From Styela clava (Eukaryota): a DNA stretch of 64,000 nt. Under the pieces are notes generated by a model. It was not told where the DNA came from. It saw only the letters and a program-made list of their open reading frames with translations, and made no database searches. The DNA lies in contig NC_135252.1 of NCBI RefSeq assembly GCF_964204865.1, positions 12,152,001 through 12,216,000 on the forward strand, written 5' to 3'. The position numbers and the translations under genes are program-made. Numbering within the stretch: position 1 is the stretch's first letter; each line of letters starts with the position of its first letter. This document shows, piece after piece, positions 1 to 11,657 of this stretch.

Positions 1-898
1 CGTTCGTGCATGATCATTGGTTCTTTTGTTTGCTGTGGTTGTACTTCTTGACAATATTCACATGACTTGCAAATATTTTCAATATCTTTATATATTCTTG
101 GCCAATATACGCAATCTCGTGCAAGTCTACGAGTTTTCTCAATACCTTGATGACCATGGTGCAATTGTTGCAAAATTGACAATCGGATAGGTTCTGGAAT
201 AAGTACTTGCTTACCCTTAAATATAATACCATTTTCAATGGCTAATTCATCTCTGAAGTTCCAAAAGTCTCTTAATGCACTTGGTACTTCTTTTATCTCA
301 TCAGGCCATCCTTCATAAATCATCTGACATAAGGATTTTAAAACAGGATCACAAAGAGTTTCTTCTCGGATCTGAGCTTGCTTGTTAAATGAAAAATTCA
401 ACATATCAATTTCCACATTTAAAGATTCGCATATGATACTCTCTATTCTGCTGTCAAGTTCAATATCATCACTTTTTTTAGTGTTTGGCAACCTTGATAG
501 CGTATCTGCAAGTATCATCTCTTTACCTGGACGATATTTTACCACAAAATCATATCCTTGGATTTTCGTTATCATCCTTTGCAGTCTTGGTGGTGCAGAA
601 TAAATTGGCTTTTTAAAAATCATTTCCAATGGCTTATGGTCAGTTATTACAGTAAAATCTTTGCCATAAAGATAGTGGTGAAATCTCTGGATACCATGAA
701 CCACTGCTAAGCATTCTCGTTCAATATTGCTGTAATTAGATTGAGTATTTGACAAGGATTTACTTGCAAATGCTACAGCTCCATGCTTCTGTACAAGTGC
801 TGCTCCAAGTCCTCTCATGGATCCATCAGCTTCCAAATTCACTGGCAATTTTGGATCATAGTATTGCAATCCAAAGTTCGACGCGACCATTTCTTTTA
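1..898 (-). pseudogene. Gypsy pol continuation: RNase H and integrase zinc-binding domain (open off the window edge)
   Basis: Manual minus-strand translation: ASKSLSNTQSNYSNIERECLAVVHGIQRFHHYLYGKDFTVITDHKPL...LADTLSR...QLHHGHQGIEKTRRLARDCVYWPRIYKDIENICKSCEYCQ. Confidence 0.9.
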
Positions 899-1160
899 GT
901 GAATTGGAAGTGACATTTAAATTAGTTAAAAGTTCCAGTGAATTTGGAAGCTGATGGATCCATGAGAGGACTTGGAGCAGCACTTGTACAGAAGCATGGA
1001 GCTGTAGTATTTGACAAGGATTTACTTGCAAATGCTACAGCTCCATGCTTCTGTACAAGTGCTGCTCCAAGTCCTCTCATGGATCCATCAGCTTCCAAAT
1101 TCACTGGCAATTTTGGATCATAGTATTGCAATCCAAAGTTCGACGCGACCATTTCTTTTA
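744..1160. repeat. Direct duplication (744-898 = 1006-1160) flanking an inverted copy (935-1007 = reverse complement of 773-845)
   Basis: Identical sequence visible directly by eye. Confidence 0.95.
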
Positions 1161-3450
1161 CTTCATCAAATACTTTTTGATGATCTCTATCCCATTGAAA
1201 TGAAATATCTTTCTTCAATAAGTCTCTGAGTATTGCAGATTTCTCAGATAAATTCGGCAAATGACATGCCAGAAATGTTGCCATTCCCATGAATTTTTGT
1301 AGCTCTTGTTTATCTCGTGGAGTTGGCATTTCTATAATGTCCTCTACTTTTTTAGGATCTGAAAACACTCCTTTATCGGTGTATATTCTTCCGAAAAATG
1401 AAATTTTGTTTGTTTTGACCACACATTTTTGTGAATTCAACATCAGACCTTCTTTTCGTGCCACTTCCATGAAGTGCGTTAATCGTTTGTCATGTTCGGC
1501 CTCAGTTGAACCGTGAATAACAATATCATCAGATATTCCAACACATCCTTCACATTGTTCAATTATTGCATCCATTCTTTTCTGGAATAAATCTTGGCTT
1601 ACATTCAAACCAAATGGTAGTCGAAGAAAGCAAAATCGTCCACACATAGTTCTAAATGTTGTTAATTTTTGTGAAGTAGGTGCAAGTTTGATGCTCCAAT
1701 ATCCAGCTTTTGCATCCAGTTTTGTGAAATATTTGGATTTTGTGAATTCAGGAGTAACTTCCTCTATTGTTGGAATTTTGTGTGGAAATCTTTTTAAAGC
1801 CTGGTTAAGCTTTCTGGGGTCTAAACACATTCTAAGACTTCCATCTTGTTTCACTGCATAAGTGAGTGATGAACACCAGTCTGTGTACTGGGTGACTTTT
1901 CTGATGATTCCCATCTTTTCCATTTTATCAAGTTCTGCTTTTATTTTGTCACGCAGATGTATTGGCACTCTTCTTGGAGGATCAATAAATGGTCCAGCAT
2001 CTTTTTTTAAATGCAATTTTTCTTCCCCATGGAAACATCCAATTTTATCAAAGCAATCAGGATACACTAGCTTCAAATCTTCAACTGTGTTAATTTTTGT
2101 CTGCATCAGCATATTTTTGCTCGATGGTTTCTGCATATTATTTCCGCAGATATCAATTTTGGTATCCTTTATATTCGATTTAATTTGATCAATATTTAGT
2201 CTCACAAGATCGAACATCTTGCATGTTGGAAGGCCTAATATTGCTGGTCCTGATACATCAACAACATAGAATTTTTGTTTTCTATAAGCGTCTTGCTTTG
2301 CTTTTCTGATTTTCAGTAGTATCGACCCATGGCAATTTATGTTTGCGCCAGAATATCCCGAAAGTTTCACCTTTGGTTCTGGTGTCAAAACTTGTCTGGT
2401 AGGACGTGTTCCAAACATTCGTTTATATACTCTCATAGGCAAAGTATTTCCACCAGCACCTGTATCAACTTTCAATCTCAGCGGCCCTTCAACATATGGG
2501 TTATCATACAGAAGTTGCATTGTTGTATATGCTTCATTTGAATTCAATTTTTCAAAGGATAAATCACTTATTTTGATGTGACTGAATTGATTTGTTTGGC
2601 AATCATCATTGTTGTCATCATTGCACTGCAATTTCAATTCGTCTTGTTTATTTTTGTAATCTCGCTTCCAGCGTTGTTTTGACGACTTCTGGTAGTGATG
2701 ACTTACACTTTTATTTTTGTTATGTTTAACAAATCGATTTGTATGCTGTGATTTATTGCGGCACATTTTCGTCCAATGGCCTTTTTTTCCACATGCATTA
2801 CATATGTCATTATAAGCAGGGCAATCCCGTGGTTGATGCTTTAATCCACAGCGAAAGCAACCTTTCGTCCCAAACCTTATTCTGTCCAATCTAGTTTCTG
2901 ACGTCCCCATTCTTGAGATTGATGTTTGAGATGATTGTACAGCTTCGTATTCTCTTCCTTTTTCAAGAACATCTTTAATCGAATGACCTTTAGGTTTAGA
3001 CAATAATTCCTTGCGAAAATCATTTATTGGCGTCGACAATATTATTAATTCTATCAGGCGTTCATTTAATTCATCAACTGAGAATTCACACCTAGAAGCT
3101 TTGTCCCGCATTCTTGTTATAAATTCGGTTATAGTTTCCTCCGGCTTTTGACGTAGTTGTGCAAATTCTAATCTGTGCACACGATAGCTTATTTTGACAG
3201 TGGCGTCAACCTGGCTTTCAAGAAGGTTCCAGATTTCATCTGGATTTTTTCTGTCTTCTCCAGTGAGTCCAGAATTTAGCACACGTCTCATTCCTTCGTC
3301 TCCTATAGCAATACATATTTTTACAGCTTTTTTGGCATTTGATGTGACTTCATTATCTTCAAGGAAAAGATTCATTCTAGCTTTAAATGCTTTGAAAGAT
3401 TCGGCAAGTGGCTTGTAATGCCAGTCCATCATGGGCATTTTGCTCGACAT
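922..3450 (-). pseudogene. Gypsy gag-pol polyprotein, N-terminal part (Gag zinc knuckles, protease, RT, start of RNase H), ending prematurely at a rearrangement
   Basis: Tandem knuckles CFRCGLKHQPRDC and CNACGKKGHWTKMC; protease LKVDTGAGGN; RT motifs LDAKAGYW, LPFGL, ISDDIVIHG; RNase H EADGSMRGLGAAL. The last ~25 aa are read from an inverted copy of the RNase H segment. Confidence 0.92.
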
Positions 3451-3587
3451 ATTTGTTTTTTATCACAATTGAAGTCTACCCTCAGGCACACTTAGTCACA
3501 CAAAATTTTAATATTGCTAACTTTAGGCTACCGGTACCGGCACCGGCGGGCTCCAATACTGGCATATGCAGCTATTAGACTACTGAG

Positions 3588-3841
3588 TTTCTTGTTGGAC
3601 ACGTAGTGGACATAACGATCGTTTCAATATTATGTTGTTGTTGTTGTTGTTCTTGTTCTTATTCTTGTTCTTGTTCTTTGACACGTTTTTAAAAAGTCGC
3701 TTTTCTCTTTGATTACTGGACTAATTGCTTTGAAATTTTCAGTGGTTGAAGATGAAATTTTTCTCCAGAAGGCTATTACTTTTATTTATTTCAAATATTT
3801 CTGTTAGCTCTGTAAGATTTGTTTTTGTTTGCTATGACGTC
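3588..3841 (+). repeat. Copy of the ~246-bp dispersed/tandem repeat unit (also at 8560-8825 and 13579-14260)
   Basis: Shared TTGGACACGTAGTGGACATAACGATCG-(GTT)n...TGCTTTGAAATTTTCAGTGGTT...CCAGAAGGCTATTACT. Confidence 0.85.
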
Positions 3842-3994
3842 CCTAAACGTTCTGCGGATATCGGACGCCATTTTGTGTCCAACGGACCATCTTTCAATTT
3901 CAATTCACGCTGTCACAAGACAGGACCTTCTAAAGATAGAGAAGTTCTGGTACCGTAACACAGCGCGGTGACACTGAACTAACTCGTAGCTGTC

Positions 3995-4650
3995 AAAAGC
4001 TTGAAAATCCATACAAATATGAGAAATAAAAAGATGAAACTTGGCAGGTGGGTAGAGTTGTGTTTCTTTTAACCATATTTGAAAGTTTCGCGTTTCTACA
4101 TTTGAAGGAGGGGGAATAGGGGGTGTGCATTTCCGATACGTCGATAATATCTTTGTCAACCAATTTGCGGCCACCGTGTTTTCGTCTGTTTGATTGCTGT
4201 GATGTGGTGCCTTGTTTATAATTTAACGAGTTTTGTTCGAAATAACCGTGTTCTTGAAATATATGACGGTCAGAAATGCAATTAGAAGCCCAATGTTTTC
4301 ACGCTGTCACAAGACCAACAATTGTCAACCAATTTGCGACCACCGTGTTTTGTCTGTTTGATTGCTGTATGGCTGCGTATGCGATAGTCTCGACGCAGCA
4401 TAAACGATGATCAAGGCTTGAAATCCGTGGTCGCACACTGGTTGTTCGGTCGCAAATACGTCTTTCGAGTGCCGTACTTTGGGGATTTGTATAGCTTCAA
4501 CCCTTTGTCGTAGAAAGTTAATACGAGGTTTAGCGTGTAGAATAAATGCCGCCAATGCACCCACGGTAAAAAAATTAACGGGTTAGATATATTGGTTTTT
4601 GTTTTATAGCGGTTTGAATGAAATTGTCCGCAGACTGGCTACACCACCCT
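3995..4650 (+). mobile_element. 5'-truncated copy of the TIR element at 47425-48252
   Basis: Colinear similarity from AAAAGCTTGAAAATCCATACAAATAT to CCGCAGACTGGCTACACCACCCT. Confidence 0.85.
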
Positions 4651-5070
4651 AGGCCTGGTGAGTTGTCCGTGTATTCGAATTGTCCATCAGCCCTAAACGG
4701 CTATGACAGTCACTGTACCAAAAATTGTACCCCGATTCGGCTGGTGTTAAGTTGACGCATGTTATTTAGTATCGTTTTTATGTGAAATGTTTGACTGTGG
4801 TTCGGTACCTGATCCGATAATACGGTACATAATTGACTCATATCACGAGATATTTCAACTGATGTTTCAATTGTCACAGGACCTAAAATATCTATGACAG
4901 TCCCTGTACCGTCACGGTACCCCGATACAGGTACTGGTAAGTCACCGTCGGTATGTTAGTCGTTGGTCACCGCATATGATTTTTGGGGAATTGTTCTGCG
5001 TGTCCATATATTTGAGCATTGCTCTCTTGTTTCTATGTGAGTTTCTTTGTTGGTTTTAGTTTATCACCAA

Positions 5071-5083
5071 ACCGCTGCCACCA
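5071..5083 (-). promoter_or_regulatory. Primer binding site complementary to the tRNA-Leu 3' end
   Basis: Minus strand reads ...TTACA|TGGTGGCAGCGGT, complementary to the ...ACCGCTGCCA-CCA end of animal tRNA-Leu(AAG/TAG). Confidence 0.8.
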
Positions 5084-5196
5084 TGTAATAATATCTCTAC
5101 CCTTGATTTCTATACCGGAGTGTAGAATATTATCAGAATAAAACTCGTTGTTTCAGAGTACTGTGTTTACTTCACGAATCAGAAAAACGTTATACA
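5084..5196 (-). repeat. Candidate short 5' LTR (~113 bp)
   Basis: Abuts the PBS and is bounded by TGTA...TACA. The second LTR is outside the window, so the boundary is unconfirmed (it could be 5205). Confidence 0.6.
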
Positions 5197-5198
5197 TG

Positions 5199-5861
5199 TT
5201 ATACACTGGGGGCAGGCCAGAGCAAGATAATAATGGTATGAAAGGTCATGAACTTAGGCACTGAATTAATATAACATAATATATGCAATATCACTACATA
5301 TTCCACCATATCCAAAAATAACCCTCTATTAGAAGAGCCAGCCCGTTTATCGTGCCCACGGAGGGACAGCTGAGGGGCAATGAACTTCAAAACATCTATC
5401 AATCGACCGAGAACATGGCGGTTTTTCTCGACGTTTTGGTTGTGCCGACGAATAGAAACCGCGCGTCCTTCATCCAACTGTGCTGCAATATTAACATTTC
5501 CGAATGTTCGGTATTTTACTGCATTGTTCAGATGCTCCATAGAAGATTGATGATCCCTGGCACGCTCGGAAAGATGTTTAAGATCTCTAAAACCAAATTT
5601 ACACCAACGTGAGTCACGGGCAGTAGCAAAAAGTAGGCAATAAAAACAAAAAAGTGCATTTTTGTCCTCGCTGTAACACAACCATTCGTGTTTTTTATAC
5701 CAAGTATCTGCGCAGAATGTACGCCGACGCTTTCTTCCATCATGGGATTGTTCCAGTGAACAATTTTTTGGTTGATAAGGCCCAAGACGTTGTACCTCTA
5801 ATTTTTGTTCCAGCGGCAGCTGCGAAAACGGAGTGCGAAGTAGTGCATCAACCTTATTCAT
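5199..5861 (-). pseudogene. hAT transposase N-terminal relic (TTF-type zinc finger / ZMYM1-DUF4371-like), truncated
   Basis: WYKKHEWLCYSEDKNALFCFYCLLF...H..S.EH and LSLRGHD...SSNRGLF motifs; similarity is lost after FLDMVEY. Confidence 0.8.
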
Positions 5862-7302
5862 TATGAGGTCTAAGGCTAAGAAATGCGAAGCCGGAAAGAA
5901 GTGAGGAGCTCAAAAGGAATGTGGAAAATCGAAAGCAAATTGACTAAAGGTCTCTAACTGATTCAAATAGCGAAACAAGCGACAAAAACGAAGGCGAGGA
6001 AACTATCAACTCTTCAAGCAACCAACGAACGAGAAGGAATGCGTGAATATGTCAACACGTTGTTGTAAGAAACGTCGGCATTGTGTCGTCATAATTTCGG
6101 GGCTAGCCCCGATGATTTAGTAAAAGAAACAGAAAACAAACGAGATAAACGCGGCGAGTGGAAGATAATAGAGAGAATACGATATACAATGAGCAACCGG
6201 GGCAGAATCGGCGTCGCCCCGTCGACGTTCGGCGAAGGCTTTGCGAGCGAAAAATGAACCATGTCGGGAGAATATGGCTAGTGTAGACAGTCTGTGCAAC
6301 CGATAGATTGGATTTCACTACTCATTTGCGGATTCCCGACGAAAGCGCGAGTCGGCACACGCGTCGATAGATACCTAAGTGGTGGTTCTCGCGAGTTTGA
6401 ACAACGTGGAATAAAAAAATTCTGGTAGGTGGCAACCCAACATTTTCTAAATTGAAAAGCGGCAATACTAAAAATGGAACGAAGAACACCATAAATTTTG
6501 TTTCATGATGGTCCGTGGCCAATTAAAATAGCTTTTTTAGACATTCCAAATCGCAAAATTTCGGGTGCTACCGCGGATTCTTTGCTTTACTGCATTCATA
6601 TTAGTATGTACACTACTGTAGCGCCGTAAGTGTTGTACGAACAGCTCAGATTTGTTGAAATCACAAAAATACGAATCAAAACAAAATATAATCTGGCACT
6701 TTACCGCGCATTTTTGTGTCCGCGGGTTGTCACGATATTTTCTGAGTTGTATTGATTTTATTTCGTCAACACAACTGCAGATTAAAATGATTACAATTGA
6801 ATTAATAATAATAAAGCAAGGCGATGAATATGTATTTTTGATTTACTAATATACTCTAAATATATTTTAAATAAGTACTAAATCAAGTTGCACTTTCTGG
6901 AAATTTATAGCAGATAGTAGGATTTTTCTAACGGCGATAACAAATTCGCAAGATCGCAAAAAATATGTGTCATAACTAAATATAATCGGGCATTTTAAGG
7001 AAGTAATGCTTTGTAATATTGTCGTAAGTCGACGCAACCGCGAGGTACCAGCATGAACACAAATAAATTATAATCGAAAGATATTTTAAATTCTCGTCGT
7101 TGTCATGGATTGAATATTGTGCGACAGAAAAGGCCATAATACACTAAAAAGTCGGCTCTTTTAAGAACGTGTAATTGCGGCGAATTTCCGATTTTGAAAT
7201 CCATTAATATTCTGTTGCGTTTGGTTGTATTGCTTCTTCCCACAGCGTACGGTTGCAATAAACGCACCTTGAGTCCGCAAAGGTTTTCGCCGGTGATAAA
7301 AT

Positions 7303-7334
7303 AGTCCGCGACCAAAAAAGGTTGGGAAACACTG
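7303..7334 (-). mobile_element. hAT-type (Charlie-like) MITE terminus
   Basis: Minus strand CAGTGTTTCCCAACCTTTTTTGGTCGCGGAC; a similar end lies at ~9290-9320 (CAGCGGTTCCCAAAC). The partner end was not found. Confidence 0.5.
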
Positions 7335-7404
7335 CTTTAGACCGACCCCGCACTGTGAGTTCTTGCATTGCACAAAATTGTGACTCTTTTTGAGGCATCT
7401 GCCA

Positions 7405-7913
7405 TGACGGTCGGAGCGTGGGTGAAGCACGGTTAGTTTGGATACGGGGTAGTATAGAGTAGACCGCTGGGTCGAGGATAACTTAGTTGAGGGGGCTAGG
7501 GCAGTGGGTCGAGTACAGGGAGCTTGGGGGAGATAGTGCGGTGGGTTGAGGGTAGAAAAGTTGGGATCATATTCTAGTAGGCGGTTGGTTGAGGGAGATA
7601 TGAAGACAGTCGATGATAGGAAGGCTGAGGGTGGGGGTATAGGAAAATTATGATTATAAAAAGGTTTAGGGAGCTAGGGTGGTTCGAAGATAGCAAGAAT
7701 AGTTGGGGAGATACGGCAGCGGGTCGAGGACCAAAAGATTGGGGGAGATAGGACAGCGGGCGGAGGACAGGTAAGTTGAAAGAGATAGGCCAGGAATGGC
7801 GAACCCTTTTCAATGAATGGGTTTAACGTTCGGAGCGTGGGTAAAGCGCGGTTAGTTCAGGGACGGGGTGATATAATAAAGCGTGAGGTTACGGTAGGAC
7901 AGTGCGTCGAGAA
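7405..7913 (+). repeat. G/A-rich degenerate repeat (~420-bp period with GGGTCGAG sub-repeats)
   Basis: CGGAGCGTGGGT(G/A)AAGC(A/G)CGGTTAGTT at ~7412 and ~7831; strong G skew on the plus strand. Confidence 0.6.
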
Positions 7914-8825
7914 TAGGGATGGCGGAATCGACTCCGGATTCGATTCCAGAATCGATTCTTCGTGGATTCGACTAGAATCGATTCCGATGACTTGGAATCG
8001 ATTTTTAGAGTCAAAACTTAGATTGCATACGAAGTATAACGTATTGTGGCACATGTATGTATAAAGAGCTATTTAGAATTGCTACGACGCCGCAAACTTC
8101 ACTATATTTCTACACTCTTTTCTCACTCGCTCGTTTGCGCGGGTTCGTCACATTTTCTGTCTTAGCTATTGCGTTATAATTCATATTTACTTGAAGCAAG
8201 ATGCATTAGGAAAAGTGAAACGCCTATTGCAGTTTAAAGTATAAAATGTTTACACCGCAATTCGACAGACCGGTATAGCAAAATATTTGAATAACAGAAA
8301 TTTTGGCATATCAGCGATCCAAGAAGAAATGTTGCAATGGTGGCAACAAAACATAATATATATTTTCCAAACATCGCAGTTGTCGTCCAAAAGTACCACT
8401 GTGTCCCATCAACATCCGCTGCATCAGAAAGAGCATTTAGCTCAGCGAAGCTTACTGTCTCCAAATTGCAATCGAGACTCACAGGAAGGCATGTGAACGA
8501 ATTGAACTTTAGATTGCAATAGCTTTTTATTTAATACGACAGTGATATTTTTGGACCCAAAGTGTACATACAGATCGTTTTGTTATTATGTTGTTGTGGT
8601 TAGAATTCATTTTCTTGTTATTGTTGTGAAAAAATAACTTCTCTCACCTATTGGAACTGCTTTGAAATTTTCAATGGTTAAAAATTGTAATATTTTTTCT
8701 AGAAGGCTATTACGTTTATTTTATGTATTTCAAAAATTTCTGTGGGCTCTAAAGGATACGTTTTATGTGTGCGATTTTAGTCTTGGTCATTATGTCCATA
8801 TATTTGAATATCAATCTCTTGTTCG
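7914..8825 (+). mobile_element. Degenerate hAT element: TAGGGATGG terminus, GAATCGATTC subterminal repeats, frameshifted C-terminal dimerisation domain at ~8320-8520
   Basis: LQWWQQ / FPNIAVVVQKYHCVPSTSAASERAFSSAKLTVSKLQSRLTGRHVNEL matches the hAT dimerisation motif (P.TS..SER.FS). Confidence 0.75.
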
Positions 8826-9650
8826 TAATTCTGTTGATGGCATAGCCATAAGTACTTACGCACGAAAAGGAATAAATATTAAACATAGATCAGGAAAATA
8901 GAAAACGACTTGGCGAGGAAAAGATTTTTGTTGTTTGCGAGACGTTACGTTTTTCATCAGTTTCAAGGTTTTGCTCAAGTTGACTACGAATAATGCTGCA
9001 GAATCCGGTATTATATATTGTTTGTACATGTAAGCTACTGTGAATTTTGCATCCACTGCAACCTGGAATAAGTCGACTAAATATTCTGAAGTCGAACAGA
9101 TATCACAGGCGCCTGGACAACAATTCAAAAACGCTGAGAGCTCATCATTTTGCCTTTATTCCTTAATTCTACATGTTTACAAACTTTAAAAGACATGCAG
9201 TACACATTAACGATCTCGAAATTGAGTTTTATTTAAACTTAGCAATTTTTTGCGTGTAAGTGTCATGAGTTTTTCCCTGATAATGTGGCGACGCACGAAC
9301 TAAAAGTTTGGGAACCGCTGGATAAAGGCATAAAATTCCCTAGAACTATGCCATACATATAATTTTACAGTTGTTTTCGGACTCGAAAATGGATACTCTA
9401 GCGGTGAATCGTATTTCTTGTAATGCTGAAGAACTCGGCAAAATAACCAGGCAATTACTGAACAAGAACTTTAGAATTTCAAATACTTTCAAATACACAA
9501 AAACTTTTAAAAACTACAATCAAAACGTGTTTAGAGCGAACCGGTAACTTTTAAACAAAAATAAAATGCCAAATATTTAAACAATTACACGAAACGATAT
9601 AGCAAATTTAATATGACTGGTTTTCAAATATACGAATTTTGATAATTTTT

Positions 9651-11657
9651 TCAAGAATGTGGAAAGTTCTCCTCTATTTTTGCTGCGTAATGACTCTCTA
9701 GTGCTTTTCTCTTCAACTTGAAAGCCGAGGTGATAAGCCCTGCTTCTGGGGTCCAAGGTTCCGGCTCCAGACACAATTTCTGTGGGATCTCAAATTTTTG
9801 CAACTTGGCAATATCGCTGGCTTGTTTAATTGCGTGTTCCATCTCCTTGACCATGCCCTTGTTCTGACATATCTCTTCCATGGTTTCAGACGTGATACCT
9901 TTAGATAACGCTAGCGCCCTGAACGCCTTCTCATTTGGAACTACAAAAGCCATTGATGTTGGATTCATTGAATTGGCATATAGCCAGATATTGTCAACCA
10001 TAGGCGACGCTTTCAATTTGGATTCAATATTACCCACGGCAATGTATTCTCCATGCGACAATTTGACGAGATCCTTTTTCCGATCAATCACTTTGAGGCT
10101 CCCGTCGCTCGCTATTTCTCCAATGTCACCAGTTTTAAACCAACGTTGGCCGTTTTCATCCACATGAAAATCTTCTGCTGTTTTCTGCTCATTCTTATAA
10201 TAACCTTGAGTAACGATGGGACCCCCAATCCACACTTCACCTTGTGGATTGGGCTTGTTTGTTGGAAAGTAACCGCCATCTGCCCATGGAACAAGTTTGA
10301 ACTCTGCACTAGGCAAAGGAGGTCCAACAGTTCCAGTTGAATGGTCAGTTAAGACCTGTGTTATTGTACCAGCACCACAAGTCTCTGTTAATCCATACCC
10401 CTGCCCGACGGGACAACACATGCAGACGTTCATGAAACGCTGAGTTTGAGCATCAAGTGGTGCACCGCCTGACAGCATTATTCTAACTTTACCTCCGAGA
10501 ACTGCTCTTGTGTTTTTAAATATAATTCTATTTAGAATAGGCGTGTCTTGACCATTATTCACGCACCCGAGCTTGTAAGAATAGCCAAAGTTGAATAAAC
10601 CCTGTCTAAGAAAGTTAGCTTCACCAACAGTTTGCATTATTGTCTTCCTCATGCGTTCCATGATTGCTGGAACAGCGGCCATCAAAGTTGGCTGTAAAGC
10701 CGACGAATCTCCTTTCGTGCCCGGTTTTATTCGGAGAGACTTGTCAGTGACTGTTAACGGAGAAGAGTATCCAATCCTGGCACCCCCGCACAACGTCACC
10801 GATTCAGCTGCCAGCTCGAGCACATGAGCCAAAGGCAAGTATGCAATATATGTATCATTTGGCGACAAATTAGGTATTCTGGATGATATTCCAGACATGG
10901 CCGCCACGAAATTTCCGTGACTGATCATGACCCCTTTCGGGTTTCCAGTTGTTCCACTTGTGTACATGATGATCGCGCAGTCGTCGGGGGCAGTCTGCTT
11001 GCGTTTGATATTTTGACCTCTTAAACTTCCCAGATTTTCAACTTCCGCGAAAGTCTTCGTTTGGACATTGTTCGGAATACCACTGATGTCATTACCTGTA
11101 TCTACATACACGATGGTGTTGAGTCGTGGCAAACTAGCAAAGCAGTTTTTTAATTTGGTCGCCAAAAGATTTCCACTTGTTATAACGCATTGTGTTTCAG
11201 TTTGGGCAAGAGCGTATGTAATTCCTTCCTCGCCTAAGGTCGCGTACACGGTAACTAAAGTGAAATTATATCTAAAGCATGCCTGCGCTGCAATCATCCA
11301 TTCTTTTTGTGTTTCCATAAATATAGCAACATTTTGTCCTGCACTTATACCAAGCGCCCCAATGCCTTTTGCAACATTCTCTATTTTTGTGTTGACTTCA
11401 TTAAGTGTCACCCATTTGTAATCGCCGAAAGTCGCCTTTTTCATTACCTTGCCACCAGGTACCACTTCATCAGATTCGGAAATCAGTTCACGAGTTCCAA
11501 AACAAGGATTATTTCCGAATTTACGCACTGCTCTTTCAAACACTTTATCAATGGTTCGCTCGCCATCATAGTTTGAGAACATGAGACTACCAAAACTTTC
11601 TACACATCGATATGACGACCCAGGATCGCCTGGCTTGGTTGGCTTTGCCCTAGGCAT
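9651..11657 (-). CDS. Long-chain fatty-acyl-CoA ligase, ACSL3/ACSL4-like (668 aa, intron-free CDS)
   Basis: AMP-binding motifs IMYTSGTTGNPKG, YLPLAHVLE, GYGLTE, FKTGDIG, IDRKKDLVKL. The start MPRAKPT...PGSSYR matches the short ACSL4-type N-terminus. The 16 upstream codons in the ORF track span a TTTTTACAG acceptor, so the start is placed at 11657. Confidence 0.93.
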   Translation of the reverse strand: MPRAKPTKPGDPGSSYRCVESFGSLMFSNYDGERTIDKVFERAVRKFGNNPCFGTRELISESDEVVPGGKVMKKATFGDYKWVTLNEVNTKIENVAKGIGALGISAGQNVAIFMETQKEWMIAAQACFRYNFTLVTVYATLGEEGITYALAQTETQCVITSGNLLATKLKNCFASLPRLNTIVYVDTGNDISGIPNNVQTKTFAEVENLGSLRGQNIKRKQTAPDDCAIIMYTSGTTGNPKGVMISHGNFVAAMSGISSRIPNLSPNDTYIAYLPLAHVLELAAESVTLCGGARIGYSSPLTVTDKSLRIKPGTKGDSSALQPTLMAAVPAIMERMRKTIMQTVGEANFLRQGLFNFGYSYKLGCVNNGQDTPILNRIIFKNTRAVLGGKVRIMLSGGAPLDAQTQRFMNVCMCCPVGQGYGLTETCGAGTITQVLTDHSTGTVGPPLPSAEFKLVPWADGGYFPTNKPNPQGEVWIGGPIVTQGYYKNEQKTAEDFHVDENGQRWFKTGDIGEIASDGSLKVIDRKKDLVKLSHGEYIAVGNIESKLKASPMVDNIWLYANSMNPTSMAFVVPNEKAFRALALSKGITSETMEEICQNKGMVKEMEHAIKQASDIAKLQKFEIPQKLCLEPEPWTPEAGLITSAFKLKRKALESHYAAKIEENFPHS

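Larger units (their letters stand above)
1..5196 (-). mobile_element. Ty3/Gypsy LTR retrotransposon (Mag-like); 3' part runs off the window; disrupted
   Basis: Domain order Gag-PR-RT-RH-INT on the minus strand, with a PBS and a TG...CA-bounded LTR candidate upstream. Assigning the PBS/LTR to this ORF assumes a ~1.6-kb 5' leader that contains a MITE insertion. Confidence 0.85.

Noticed and set aside
938-1123. 61-aa plus-strand ORF containing an RNase H motif
   Set aside because: By-product of the inverted duplication, not a gene.
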